Positions 1 to 9,324 of a stretch of DNA of 64,000 bases are shown here, piece by piece. Source of the DNA: a candidate division FCPU426 bacterium (GTDB lineage: Bacteria; Oederibacteriota; JAAXVQ01; JAUVAV01); the NCBI GenBank assembly GCA_040756875.1, contig JBFLYH010000002.1:1023078-1087077 (forward strand), read 5' to 3'. The notes below the pieces were generated by a model. The model did not search any database and was not told where the DNA came from. It saw only the letters and a list, made by a program, of their open reading frames with translations. The stretch's first letter is position 1; each line of letters begins with the position of its first letter. The translations under genes were made by a program, and so were the position numbers.

Positions 1-1
1 A

Positions 2-985
2 ATGCTGTTGTGGCTGGCCGTGACGCTCGCCCTGCCGGTCCTGAAATCCTTCCTGCACCTGCCTTCCGCGTCCCCCCTCCTGGCGGTCGGCGCCGCGATC
101 GTCCTGACGCTGATCACCCCGGTGCTGCGCGGTTTTCTGCAAGGCACTCAGCGTTTCCAGGCTTTGGGCTGGAACTTCTTTTTAGAGGGCGTGGGGCGTC
201 TGGCCTGGGGCGCACTGTTTCTGCTGGTGGGGTGGGGCGTCCTGGGCGCGGTCCTGGCCAGCGCCGCCGGCGCCTTGACGGCCGCGCTGATCGCCGTCTG
301 GCTGCTGGGCGCCGCAGCCAAGGGCCTGGACCGGAACGGCCCGGAGCAGCCGGCCGCCCGGACGTCGCTGGGGCTGCAGGATTACGGCTGGCTGGTGCTG
401 GTCACCATGGCCGCGTTTTTCGCCCTGTCCAACCTGGACGTGCTGATCGTCAAACACCTCTTTCCGCAGGCCGACGCCGGATATTATTCGGCCGGTTCTC
501 TGATCGGCAAGGCGTTTCTGTTCCTGCCCTACACCTTTGCCCAGGTCCTGTTTCCGAAAGCCAGCCGCCACCATGCCCTGGGCGAGAGCACCCTCTCCCT
601 GTTGAACCGCAGCCTGCTGTACACGGCCGCGGCCCTGCTGCTGGGGATGATTGCGGTCTACGCGCTGGCGCCGGTCCTGCTGTCGGTGCTGTTCGGGCCG
701 GAATACAACAATCCCACCACCCTGCGCATGATCCGCTATTTCGGCGCGGCCATGACGCCGCTGGCCCTGGTATACGTGATGATGCAGTACAGCCTGGCGC
801 TTAAAAACGCCGAGTTGTCCCTGCTGATGCTGGCGGATCTTCCGGTCTTCATTATCCTGCTCATGACTCTGCCCCGCAGCCTGGAAGGCGTACTCCTGGC
901 CATGGGCTTGAATTTCCTGATCCTGGCGGCGGCCGGCTACGCGGCCATCCGGGCCAAGGCGCAGCCCCTGGCCGCGAAAGCCTAG
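2..985 (+). CDS. Wzx/MATE-like oligosaccharide flippase (5'-truncated by the window edge)
   Basis: Many hydrophobic TM segments. LRGFLQG..F and D.L.VK.L....AGYYSA motifs are typical of polysaccharide flippases. Lies upstream of glycosyltransferases. Confidence 0.8.
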   Translation: MLLWLAVTLALPVLKSFLHLPSASPLLAVGAAIVLTLITPVLRGFLQGTQRFQALGWNFFLEGVGRLAWGALFLLVGWGVLGAVLASAAGALTAALIAVWLLGAAAKGLDRNGPEQPAARTSLGLQDYGWLVLVTMAAFFALSNLDVLIVKHLFPQADAGYYSAGSLIGKAFLFLPYTFAQVLFPKASRHHALGESTLSLLNRSLLYTAAALLLGMIAVYALAPVLLSVLFGPEYNNPTTLRMIRYFGAAMTPLALVYVMMQYSLALKNAELSLLMLADLPVFIILLMTLPRSLEGVLLAMGLNFLILAAAGYAAIRAKAQPLAAKA

Positions 986-998
986 AGGGAGGCGGCGC

Positions 999-1853
999 AT
1001 GGACCCCCTTCGCCCGCAGGATGCCGGCGTGGACGTCACCCTGGTCATTCCGGCTTATAATGTGGAAACCCGCATCGTGCCCCTGCTCCAGTCGGCCCGG
1101 GACCAGCAGGGAGCGAAGGTTGAGACCCTGGTGGTCGACGATGCGTCGACCGACCGCACGGCCGAGGTGGCCGAGCACTGGGGCGCGCGGGTCGTGCGCA
1201 ACGAGGTCAACCTGGACCGCTCGGAGGCCCGCAACGTGGGGGCCCGGGCGGCGCGGGGCAAATACATCTGGTTCATCGATTCGGACATGGAACTGACCCC
1301 GGGCATCGCGCAGGCGGCTTGGGAGGCCTGCGAACGCGAACAGCTGGACGGGCTGGTCATTCCGGAGCGCATCCGGCCGGCGAACCTGTGGGCCAAGAGC
1401 CGCAACCTGGAATTTATCATCAACGACAGCGACGAGGAGCGCTTTGTCCTGCGCTTCGTCCGCCGGGACTTCTTCCTGCAAACCAAGGGGTTCGACGCCA
1501 GCCTGATCGCGGCCGAGGATTACGACTACCACCGCCGCATGCTGGACCATGGCGCCCGTTACCGGCTGCTGACAGGCTGGCACGTCTGGCACCACGAGCT
1601 GACCTCCATGCGGCGGGTGCTGAAAAAGTACTATTACTACGGGCTGACCATGTCGCTGTACATCCGGCGGCACAAGCAGCTGGCCGTGCGGCAGTTCTCG
1701 TTTCCCCGGCGCGGCTACCTTAAGCGGCTGGACCTGCTGCTGGGCCATCCCTGGCTGACGGCGAGCCTTTTTTTCTTCAAGACCCTCCAGTACGCGGCCG
1801 GCTTGGCGGGCATTGTGATGGCCTGGCTGGGATGGGACCGGGCGAAAAAATGA
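999..1853 (+). CDS. Glycosyltransferase family 2
   Basis: VIPAYN, VVDDASTD, ARNVG, FIDSD (DxD) and EDYD motifs. GGAGG RBS upstream. Confidence 0.9.
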   Translation: MDPLRPQDAGVDVTLVIPAYNVETRIVPLLQSARDQQGAKVETLVVDDASTDRTAEVAEHWGARVVRNEVNLDRSEARNVGARAARGKYIWFIDSDMELTPGIAQAAWEACEREQLDGLVIPERIRPANLWAKSRNLEFIINDSDEERFVLRFVRRDFFLQTKGFDASLIAAEDYDYHRRMLDHGARYRLLTGWHVWHHELTSMRRVLKKYYYYGLTMSLYIRRHKQLAVRQFSFPRRGYLKRLDLLLGHPWLTASLFFFKTLQYAAGLAGIVMAWLGWDRAKK

Positions 1854-2995
1854 GGCCCGCGCCCGCGTATTTCATCGCCTGCCATATCGGAGACGACTAC
1901 GGACCGCAGTTCGCCCTGCGCAACCACCTGGTCAAGCGGCGGGCGTCGTTCGTGTTTGTCACCTGCCCGTTCGATTTCGCCCGGGTTCCGGCCGCGCGGC
2001 TCGAACGGTACGAACAGGGGCAGTGCGTGGAAACCGTCGTCGGGCACGCCAACCGGAGCAAAGGGGTGGTCAGCTGGGTCAAGGACGTGCTGTTCGTGCT
2101 GGCCGCGGGCTTGCGCTGGTGCGGGCGCCGGACCCAGTTCATCGGCATCAACAACCTGCACGCCTCGGTGGGGGTGTTGCTCCGCTGGCTGAAGCGCTGC
2201 CAAAGCGTGGTGTACTACATCGTGGACTACACGCCGCGGCGCTTTCCCTCGCGGGTGCTGAACCTGGTCTACCAGCGGCTGGCCCGGTTCGCGGGCCGGC
2301 ACGCGGATTGCCTGTGGGCCGTGTCGGAGCGGATCAAGCGGGTCTATACGGCCTGGGGGGCCGCGGAGCCGGCCAGCCTGGTGGTTCCCATCGGCCTGGA
2401 CCCCGAGGACATCAGCGTGGCCGAACCCGGCCAGGTGGAGCGCAACACGCTGGTGGTCGTCAGCACGCTCTTCGAGAACAAGGGGGTCCAGCTGGCCATC
2501 GAGGCGCTGCCGGCCCTGCCCGGGGCGCGGCTGAAAATCATCGGCGTGGGCCCGTACGCCGACGCCCTGCGCGGCCTGGCCCGGTCCCGGGAAGTGGAAG
2601 ACCGGGTGGCGTTCCTCGGGCATCTGGACCGCAAGGCGCTGTTCGCGGAGGTGGCGCGCAGCCGTATCGCCCTGGCGACGTACGTGGCCGACGCGGCCAA
2701 CTATTCCTACTACGCGGATTCAGCCAAGCCGAAGGAGTATCTGGCCTGCGGCGTGCCGACGGTCATTACCCGGGTGCCCTGGATCGCCGAACTTATTGCG
2801 GAAAAACCCATGGGTCTTGCGATAGAATATCGGGTCGAGGAACTGGTCGCGGCCTGCCGCCGCCTGTTCGAGGACGACGCCTTGTGGCGGACCTGCCGCG
2901 AGAACGCCCTGCGTTTCTCGCAGGGGCAGACCTGGGAGGCCATTTACGACGCGGCCCTGTCCCGGACCGGGGCCGGGCGCGGGAGGACGGCATGA
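1850..2995 (+). CDS. Glycosyltransferase family 4 (GT-B)
   Basis: KGVQLAIEA, IIGVGP, RVAFLG and K.KEYLACGVPTV motifs. Start taken at the ATGA overlap with the upstream stop (1850-1853) rather than the track's 1832. Confidence 0.85.
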   Translation: MRPAPAYFIACHIGDDYGPQFALRNHLVKRRASFVFVTCPFDFARVPAARLERYEQGQCVETVVGHANRSKGVVSWVKDVLFVLAAGLRWCGRRTQFIGINNLHASVGVLLRWLKRCQSVVYYIVDYTPRRFPSRVLNLVYQRLARFAGRHADCLWAVSERIKRVYTAWGAAEPASLVVPIGLDPEDISVAEPGQVERNTLVVVSTLFENKGVQLAIEALPALPGARLKIIGVGPYADALRGLARSREVEDRVAFLGHLDRKALFAEVARSRIALATYVADAANYSYYADSAKPKEYLACGVPTVITRVPWIAELIAEKPMGLAIEYRVEELVAACRRLFEDDALWRTCRENALRFSQGQTWEAIYDAALSRTGAGRGRTA

Positions 2996-3765
2996 ACCCG
3001 TTTAAACGGCTGCTCAAATGGTACGCGCCCATGGCCTTCGGCGACGGGTTGAACCGCTGCAATCAGCTGGCCCTGCGGCTGGCGCGGCGGGAGCCGTGGC
3101 AGCGGCTGCTGGATGTCGGCTGCGGTGACGGGGAACTGACCGCGAAATTCCTCGCGGGCGCGTCCGGCCGCCGGGCGGACGGCATCGAATACGTCGCCGC
3201 GCTGCACGAGGCGGCCGGACGGCGGGGGATCGCCTGCCGCAGCCTGGACGTCAACCTGCCGTGGACCGGCGTCGGCGATTCGGCCTACGACCTGGTGCTG
3301 TCCAGCCAGAACATCGAGCACGTGCACAACACGCGCCTGTACCTGGAGGAGTGCCGCCGCTGCCTGAAACCCGGGGGGAGGCTGCTGGTGCTGACCGAAA
3401 ACCTGGCCTCCTGGATCAACATCGGCGCGCTGCTGTTCGGGTGGCAGCCCTTCTCGACCACCAACATCGACGGCTGGAGCGTCGGCAATCCCTGCGTGTG
3501 GCACGCCGACGAGCCGAAGGACATGGCTTTCGTCGAGGAGCAGAAAAAGCACGGCGTGACCGGGACCACCGGCCACATCCGGGTGTGGACCCGCGCCGGC
3601 CTGGCGGATCTCCTGAAACGCGTGGGCTTTGAGGATGTCCGGCTCTACGGACGGGGGTATTTGCCGTTTTGGGGCTGGCTGTCGGACTGCCTGAGCGCGC
3701 TGGACGGCCGGCACAGCCATTTTCTCGTCGCCAGCGCCCGGAAGCCGGGCGGAGCGCCGGCCTAA
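2992..3765 (+). CDS. Class I SAM-dependent methyltransferase
   Basis: LLDVGCGDG motif I, YDLV..QNIEHV, LKPGG. Real start is the ATGA overlap at 2992 with a GGAGG RBS; the track's N-terminal extension to 2023 overlaps the GT4 gene. Confidence 0.85.
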   Translation: MNPFKRLLKWYAPMAFGDGLNRCNQLALRLARREPWQRLLDVGCGDGELTAKFLAGASGRRADGIEYVAALHEAAGRRGIACRSLDVNLPWTGVGDSAYDLVLSSQNIEHVHNTRLYLEECRRCLKPGGRLLVLTENLASWINIGALLFGWQPFSTTNIDGWSVGNPCVWHADEPKDMAFVEEQKKHGVTGTTGHIRVWTRAGLADLLKRVGFEDVRLYGRGYLPFWGWLSDCLSALDGRHSHFLVASARKPGGAPA

Positions 3766-3822
3766 GGCGGCCGGAAAGGCTCCGCAGCACGTCCATTCTG
3801 AAGCAAAGGGGGATGAACCCGC

Positions 3823-4791
3823 ATGCCTTCCCAGCCCCGCTCCGGAACGGCCAAACCCCGCTTGGTGGTGGTGGCGCCGTTCTACAATGAGCAGGAAGTG
3901 CTTCCCGAAACCGCCAAGCGTCTGACGGCGGTGCTTGACCAGTTGAAGCGGAAGGGGCGGATATCGCCCCAGAGCCACCTGCTGTTCGTGGACGACGGCA
4001 GCGAGGACGGCACCTGGAACCGGCTGAAAGAGCTGAAGAAGCGCCAGCCGTCCCTGGCCGCGCTGCGCCTATCGCGGAACTGCGGGCATCAGAACGCCTT
4101 GATGGCCGGATTGATGGCCGCGCGCACGCAAGCGGACTGCGTCATTTCCATCGACGGGGACCTGCAGCAGGACGAAAACGCGATCCCGGCGTTCGTGGAG
4201 AAGTACCGCGAGGGCTATGACCTCGTGTACGGCGTGCGCAAGAACCGGAGCACGGACTCGTTTTTCAAACGGGCGACCGCGGAGATATTCTACCGGTTCA
4301 TGCACATGCTGGGCGTGCGGGTGATCCGCAACCACGCGGATTACCGGCTGGCCAGCCGGCGGGCGCTCGACGCCCTGGCCGAGCACGGCGAGACCATGCT
4401 GTTCCTGCGGGGGATTTTCACCACCCTGGGGTTTAAAAGCACGGTCGTCTACCACGACGTGCGCGAACGGTACGCCGGCGCCTCGAAGTACTCGGTGCGC
4501 AAAATGATGTCCTTCGCGCTGAACGGCATCACCTCGTTCACGTTCAGCCCCATCCGCTTCGTGAGTTTTCTGGGGCTGGGAGTGGTCGCGGCCAGCATCG
4601 TGGTGGGCATCCTGACCTGGCTGCTGACCAAGCCCGGCCAGGTCATTGATTTTAAAATCATCCTGTTTTTCGCGATCTACTTCCTGGGCGGCGTGCAGCT
4701 GGTCTGCCTGGGCGTGATCGGCGAATACGTGGGCAAGGTGTACGTGGAAGTGAAGAAGCGCCCCAAATACATCGTCGCCGAGGAGTTCTGA
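3823..4791 (+). CDS. GT2 glycosyltransferase, GtrB/DPM1-like polyprenol-phosphate sugar synthase
   Basis: P.YNE, VDDGSED, LSRN.GHQ.AL, IDGDLQ, two C-terminal TM helices and GEYVGKVY.EVKKRP.Y. Confidence 0.9.
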   Translation: MPSQPRSGTAKPRLVVVAPFYNEQEVLPETAKRLTAVLDQLKRKGRISPQSHLLFVDDGSEDGTWNRLKELKKRQPSLAALRLSRNCGHQNALMAGLMAARTQADCVISIDGDLQQDENAIPAFVEKYREGYDLVYGVRKNRSTDSFFKRATAEIFYRFMHMLGVRVIRNHADYRLASRRALDALAEHGETMLFLRGIFTTLGFKSTVVYHDVRERYAGASKYSVRKMMSFALNGITSFTFSPIRFVSFLGLGVVAASIVVGILTWLLTKPGQVIDFKIILFFAIYFLGGVQLVCLGVIGEYVGKVYVEVKKRPKYIVAEEF

Positions 4792-4794
4792 TCC

Positions 4795-5433
4795 GTGCGT
4801 CCCATGGAGCGGTTGTACCTGGACCGGCTTTTCCGCCGGGTGGAGGGCTTGCTGGCGGCCGGCGGCCTGAGGCCGGGCGCCTCGGTGCTGGATATGGGCT
4901 GCGGCGTCGGCCTCGACGCGGAATATCTGCTGGAGCGCGGTTTTCAGGTCACGGGCCTGGATGTGGAGCGGCACGACGGCGACTGGAAGGCCCTGGCCGG
5001 CCGCGGCATCCGTTTTGAATGCGCTTCAGCCGAGGACCTGCCGTATCCGGACGACAGTTTCGACGCCGTGTGGATCAAGGACGCGCTGCACCACATGCAA
5101 CAGCCGGAACGGGCGCTGGCCGAAGCGCGCCGCGTGGCCAAGCCGGGCGGGCCGGTCATCGTGATCGAAGCCAACCGGTACAACCCGGTTTTTTACTTCC
5201 ACCTGACGCTGTTCGGCGGGCACCAGCACTTCTCGCGGCGCCGGTTCAGGCAATTGCTGGGCACGGCTGCGGGCGACTACGCCCTGGCCCGGGCCGAGAG
5301 CCGCTGCCTGCCCTGGGACGCCGCCTGGCTGCGGGCCCTGCTGGGCTGGTTCGAGGACCGGGTGGAAGGCTGTCCGCTCCTCGCGCCGTGGCTCACGTAT
5401 CAGATCGCAGTAATAAAAGGCGGGGCAGCATGA
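4795..5433 (+). CDS. Class I SAM-dependent methyltransferase
   Basis: VLDMGCGVG, AEDLPYPDDSFDAV, LHHM, RVAKPGG. Start is GTG 4795 or ATG 4804. Confidence 0.85.
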   Translation: MRPMERLYLDRLFRRVEGLLAAGGLRPGASVLDMGCGVGLDAEYLLERGFQVTGLDVERHDGDWKALAGRGIRFECASAEDLPYPDDSFDAVWIKDALHHMQQPERALAEARRVAKPGGPVIVIEANRYNPVFYFHLTLFGGHQHFSRRRFRQLLGTAAGDYALARAESRCLPWDAAWLRALLGWFEDRVEGCPLLAPWLTYQIAVIKGGAA

Positions 5434-6227
5434 AACATCGATGGCTGCGCGGGCTCTACCATTGGGCCTACCAGTTTGGCTGGGACGGTTTGCGCTGGCT
5501 GCAGGCCTGGCGGGGCCTGCCGGCGTTCCTGCGCAACCGGGCGCGCTTCAAGCGCCAGTGGAAACGAACTCCGTCTCCCTTTGCCTGGGGCAAGCTGAGG
5601 CCCTGCCCGGCCGACCGCTTTGCCGACGCCGGCCAGGCCCGCGGGCATTACTTCCACCAGGACCTGTGGGCAGCCCAGCGCCTCTTTGCCAACCAGCCGG
5701 ACCAGCACGTGGACGCCGGCTCGCGCGTGGACGGCTTCGTGGCGCACGTGGCCTCGTTCCGCGAACTCGAGGTCTGGGATCTGCGGCCCCAGCCCGGGCC
5801 CCTGCCGCGCAATCTCCGTTTCCGGCGGCAGGATCTGACCCAGCGGCCCTGGCCTTTGAACGGATACTGCGGCTCGCTCTCCTGCCTGAGCGTGCTCGAA
5901 CACCTGGGGCTGGGGCGCTACGGCGATGCCGTGGACCCGGAGGCTTATCTGGCCGGCTGGGAGAACCTGCACGCCGCGCTGAAACCTGGGGGGCGGCTGT
6001 ATTTCTCCGTGCCCATCGGGCCGGGCCGCATCGAGTTCGACGCGCACCGCGTGTTTGATTTGAGTTATTTGCTGCCGCTGATCGAGGAAAAATACCTCGT
6101 CGAAGCCCTGGCGTATGTGAACGACGAGGGCGATTTGGTGGAGCCGGCGGGCCGGGACCAAGGGGCGGAACGCGCCAGCTTCGGCTGCTGGTTCGGCTGC
6201 GGACTGTTTGTGTTGAAGAAAAAATAG
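5430..6227 (+). CDS. DUF268-like methyltransferase-fold protein of glycan loci
   Basis: HYFHQDLWAA, HVDAGSRVDGFVAHVASFR, SCL..LEHLGLGRYGD.VDP and F.AHRVF motifs. Start at the ATGA overlap at 5430. Confidence 0.8.
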   Translation: MKHRWLRGLYHWAYQFGWDGLRWLQAWRGLPAFLRNRARFKRQWKRTPSPFAWGKLRPCPADRFADAGQARGHYFHQDLWAAQRLFANQPDQHVDAGSRVDGFVAHVASFRELEVWDLRPQPGPLPRNLRFRRQDLTQRPWPLNGYCGSLSCLSVLEHLGLGRYGDAVDPEAYLAGWENLHAALKPGGRLYFSVPIGPGRIEFDAHRVFDLSYLLPLIEEKYLVEALAYVNDEGDLVEPAGRDQGAERASFGCWFGCGLFVLKKK

Positions 6228-6243
6228 GACTGCCAAGCTCAAG

Positions 6244-6271
6244 GTAGGGGCGTTCAATTGAACGCCCCTAC
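6244..6271. repeat. 28-bp perfect palindrome GTAGGGGCGTTCAATTGAACGCCCCTAC (GTAG-type REP-like), copy 1
   Basis: Read directly from the sequence; an identical copy lies at 30118-30145. Confidence 0.85.
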
Positions 6272-6304
6272 AAAACGAAAACCCACCGAAAGGAAGAAAC
6301 ATCC

Positions 6305-9046
6305 ATGTCCCGCGTTTCCTGGGGCGCCCTTAGCCTGGGCGCCCTTTTCCTGATCGGCCAGGTGGTGATACTGGCCGGAAATCCGCCGCTGGGAGGCGCT
6401 GCCAGCCTCCTGGCCGTGGCGCTCAGCCTCGGCTGGTGGCTGAAGCGTTCCGGCAAGCCCATTGCGCCCTGGGTCGCGGTGGCGGCCCTGGGCTGTGCGG
6501 CCTGGGCCCAGGCCCTGGTGAAAGCCGAGCCCAAGGACGCGCTGTGGCTGTTTATTTTGTCCGGCCTGCTGCTTTTTTTGGCCAAGCCCGCCGGGCTTGG
6601 CTGGAAAGAGGACGGCGCCGTGCCGTCCGGGCGAGCGCCCCTGGAAAAATGGGAACCCTGGTTTGTGCTGGGGTTGCTGGGGCTGGCAATAGTGACGCGC
6701 TTCGTACCGATCAACGGTTTTCCCTTTGGGTCCATCGCCGAGGAAGCCCAGCACGTGCCCGTGCTCGAGGGCGCCATGGCCAGCCAGGTTTACGTGCCGC
6801 ATTTCACGCACGGCAATATGGGCACACCCACCCTGATGAGCTACCTCGGCGCGGCCGCGTCCCGCGTTTTTGGCCGGCACATCAACAGCTACCGCATGGG
6901 CGTGGAGTTGTTCAGCGTCTTTTCCATCCTGGCCTTCTATTTCACAGCCCGGCGGGCAAGTTCGCCTTTCACGGCCGCGGTCACCAGCATCCTCTATTCG
7001 GTCTCCCTCTTGCACCTCACGCTCTCGCGGCGTTTTTATCCCTACATCGTGATTTTTTTACCCGTGGTCCTGGGCTGGGGGCTGTGGCTGGAGGGGCTGG
7101 CGCGCAGGCGCTGGTACTGGTTTTTCCTGGCCGGCCTGGCCGCGGGATTCAGCCTGCACGGCTATGAACCGGGCCGGGGTGTGTTTCTGATCTTTTTAGC
7201 CTGGGCTGCCTGGATGTGGCTGGCCCACCGCCCCCGCCGGATGGTGAAGGGACTCACCCCAGGGGACTCCCTGCAGCCGGCTTCGCCTGGCCCCGCCCTG
7301 CCCTCTGGCCGGGACTTCGCCCTGTTTTGGGTGGGGTTCCTCATAGTCGCCGGTCCGATTTTTTATCATATGAGCGTGCATTGGGACAATTACTGGCACT
7401 ATGTGGCCAGCAAGAACCCCAACCGCACGCAAACACTGGCTGCGTATGTCAAGCAGGTGTGGTCCTTGGTCGGCGTTTATGCGCACTTGTTCCAGGTTAA
7501 GAGCGACGGCAATTACACGATGTACACCACCTACCAGCCCCTGCTTGACCCAGTGACCAGCGCCCTGTTCGGGCTGAGCTTCTTTTTCGTGCTGGCCCGC
7601 GCCTGGCAGCCCATGCCTTCCTTTGTCCTGCTGTTCTTTTTCGCCGGCCTGGCGCCTGCGCTGATCGGCGGCGGGGAGGAGCATCCGACCGCCCGCCGCA
7701 CCTGCCTGGCCACCCCGGCCATCTATCTCATCATAGCCTTGGGCCTGGAGCGCCTGCGGCTGCTTTTCCGTCAGGGCCTGCCGTCCTGGGGGCGCAGGAT
7801 CTTGCTGGCCGCGGCTGTTTTCCTGACCGCGGGCGTGGCCGCCTATTCGCTGCATTACTACTTCTTCGTGTTCGGCGACTCGCCCGAGGCGCGGACCGGG
7901 TATTGCTGGCGCGGCTTGAAGATCGCCCAGGCCCTGGACGCCCATCCCAAGGCGTACAGCCGGCTGCAACCCCTGTTGTATCACGAACAGATTTGGGTGC
8001 TGGCCAAGCACCCCGGACAACCCGGGCTAGTGCCCACCCAGGAGGACCTGCTGGTGCTGGCGCCTGACCAGGACCAGCAGCTCTTTTTGGAAGGCTACAT
8101 GGAGCCGACCCTGCCGTTTTGGCGCTCCCAATTTCCCAACGCGCAGGTCACCGTTTACCGGGAGAAATATCCGGACCGGCCCTTTTGCGAGACCTGGCCG
8201 TACTTCAAACTGGGCACGGATCCCAACAATCCGGCCACGTACTTGATCCAGATCAACATTCCCAGGCAGGACGTGGCGTTTTTCCAAATGCTGGTGGACG
8301 CCACCACCGGACAGCACCTGCCGGTCTGGAATCCCGAGTTCGGAGCCGGACTGGTTCCCGGCCAGCGCCTGCGCCTGGCCGGCGCGGTGGTCACCCATCC
8401 TGGAGCGGTTTATTCCTGGAAACTGGGCTGGCTTGGCTGGCAAATAACCGTGGACAAAAAACCCGCGGAGTGGAGCCAAGACATCCCTCTGGACCAGGGC
8501 GTGCACTATTTCGAAATTTCCGGGCCGGTTCCTGCCGGCTGCGAGGGTCCGCTGCCCCTGGTGGTGCTGGAAAACGGCCGCAATGTGCAGCGCCTGGGGA
8601 GCGTGGTGGGGTTGCCCGCCAGGCAGGGCATGCTGGCCGAATACCGCAACAGTCCCAGCCGCTGGGACGGGCCGGCTGAGGTTACCAGCCAAAAGCTATT
8701 CGGCCAGGAGCGATTCTACAGCGTACCTCCGGGCTTTGGGCTGCCGTTGTCGGCGATTTACCGCTGCCGGCTGCAGGTGCCCGAGGACGGCGAGTATTCT
8801 TTCGAGACCAAGCATTTTTCGCGCTGCCGGCTGCTGCTCGACGGCCGCGAAGCTTTCAATAACTTCAACAATGTACAGGCGCCCGTGATCACGCCCATGG
8901 CCCTCGCCGCCGGCAAGCCGGTTGCGCTTGAAGCCCAGTTCATCGTCGAGGGCGAAACCCTGACCATGACTTTTCAGCTTTTTTACCGCCGTCCGGGCCA
9001 AAAACAGGCGCAATGGGTGCCCATGGAGTGGCTCCGGTTGCCTTGA
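6305..9046 (+). CDS. ArnT/PMT-like (GT-C fold) membrane glycosyltransferase with C-terminal PA14-like domain
   Basis: Multi-TM N-terminal half with an acidic EE loop after an early TM. C-terminus GMLAEY...LQVPEDGEYSF...RLLLDG resembles PA14. Architecture matches 27553-30093. Confidence 0.7.
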   Translation: MSRVSWGALSLGALFLIGQVVILAGNPPLGGAASLLAVALSLGWWLKRSGKPIAPWVAVAALGCAAWAQALVKAEPKDALWLFILSGLLLFLAKPAGLGWKEDGAVPSGRAPLEKWEPWFVLGLLGLAIVTRFVPINGFPFGSIAEEAQHVPVLEGAMASQVYVPHFTHGNMGTPTLMSYLGAAASRVFGRHINSYRMGVELFSVFSILAFYFTARRASSPFTAAVTSILYSVSLLHLTLSRRFYPYIVIFLPVVLGWGLWLEGLARRRWYWFFLAGLAAGFSLHGYEPGRGVFLIFLAWAAWMWLAHRPRRMVKGLTPGDSLQPASPGPALPSGRDFALFWVGFLIVAGPIFYHMSVHWDNYWHYVASKNPNRTQTLAAYVKQVWSLVGVYAHLFQVKSDGNYTMYTTYQPLLDPVTSALFGLSFFFVLARAWQPMPSFVLLFFFAGLAPALIGGGEEHPTARRTCLATPAIYLIIALGLERLRLLFRQGLPSWGRRILLAAAVFLTAGVAAYSLHYYFFVFGDSPEARTGYCWRGLKIAQALDAHPKAYSRLQPLLYHEQIWVLAKHPGQPGLVPTQEDLLVLAPDQDQQLFLEGYMEPTLPFWRSQFPNAQVTVYREKYPDRPFCETWPYFKLGTDPNNPATYLIQINIPRQDVAFFQMLVDATTGQHLPVWNPEFGAGLVPGQRLRLAGAVVTHPGAVYSWKLGWLGWQITVDKKPAEWSQDIPLDQGVHYFEISGPVPAGCEGPLPLVVLENGRNVQRLGSVVGLPARQGMLAEYRNSPSRWDGPAEVTSQKLFGQERFYSVPPGFGLPLSAIYRCRLQVPEDGEYSFETKHFSRCRLLLDGREAFNNFNNVQAPVITPMALAAGKPVALEAQFIVEGETLTMTFQLFYRRPGQKQAQWVPMEWLRLP

Positions 9047-9186
9047 CGATGAAAGACACCCCTCCCCAGGCATTATGGTGGGAGGGGTTAGAGGAGGAGA
9101 GTAACTGATGAAAATGGATATGCTCAAATTTAATTATGCATGGAAAATTTGGGCAACCCGGTCTAAATAAGCAGGAAGATAATCAT

Positions 9187-9297
9187 TCCCCCTCGCCCCG
9201 CGGGAGCGGGGAGAGGGTGGGGTGAGGGGTACAACTAATAAATCTGGGGATGACCCTCACCCTAGCCCTCTCCCTATTAGTAAGCAGGGAGAGGGGA
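9187..9297. repeat. Inverted doublet of the CCCTCTCCC..GGGAGAGGG / CCCTCACCC intergenic hairpin repeat family
   Basis: Unit 9187-9229 (cccctcgccccgc..gcggggagagggtggggtgagggg) faces unit 9254-9297 (ccctcaccctagccctctccct..agggagagggga). Degenerate relatives at about 9059-9099 and 30157-30197. Confidence 0.7.
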
Positions 9298-9324
9298 AGC
9301 GTTGTCTAAGATCCGGGAGATGGC

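Noticed and set aside
2023-2991. N-terminal extension making the methyltransferase 580 aa
   Set aside because: It overlaps the GT4 gene in another frame and is R/G/A-rich shadow sequence; the RBS and ATGA coupling support a start at 2992.
5019-5429. Upstream extension of the DUF268-like ORF
   Set aside because: It overlaps the preceding methyltransferase; the coupled start at 5430 is more plausible.
6244-6271. Possible CRISPR repeat (28-bp palindrome)
   Set aside because: Only two copies 24 kb apart, with no spacer array and no cas genes.
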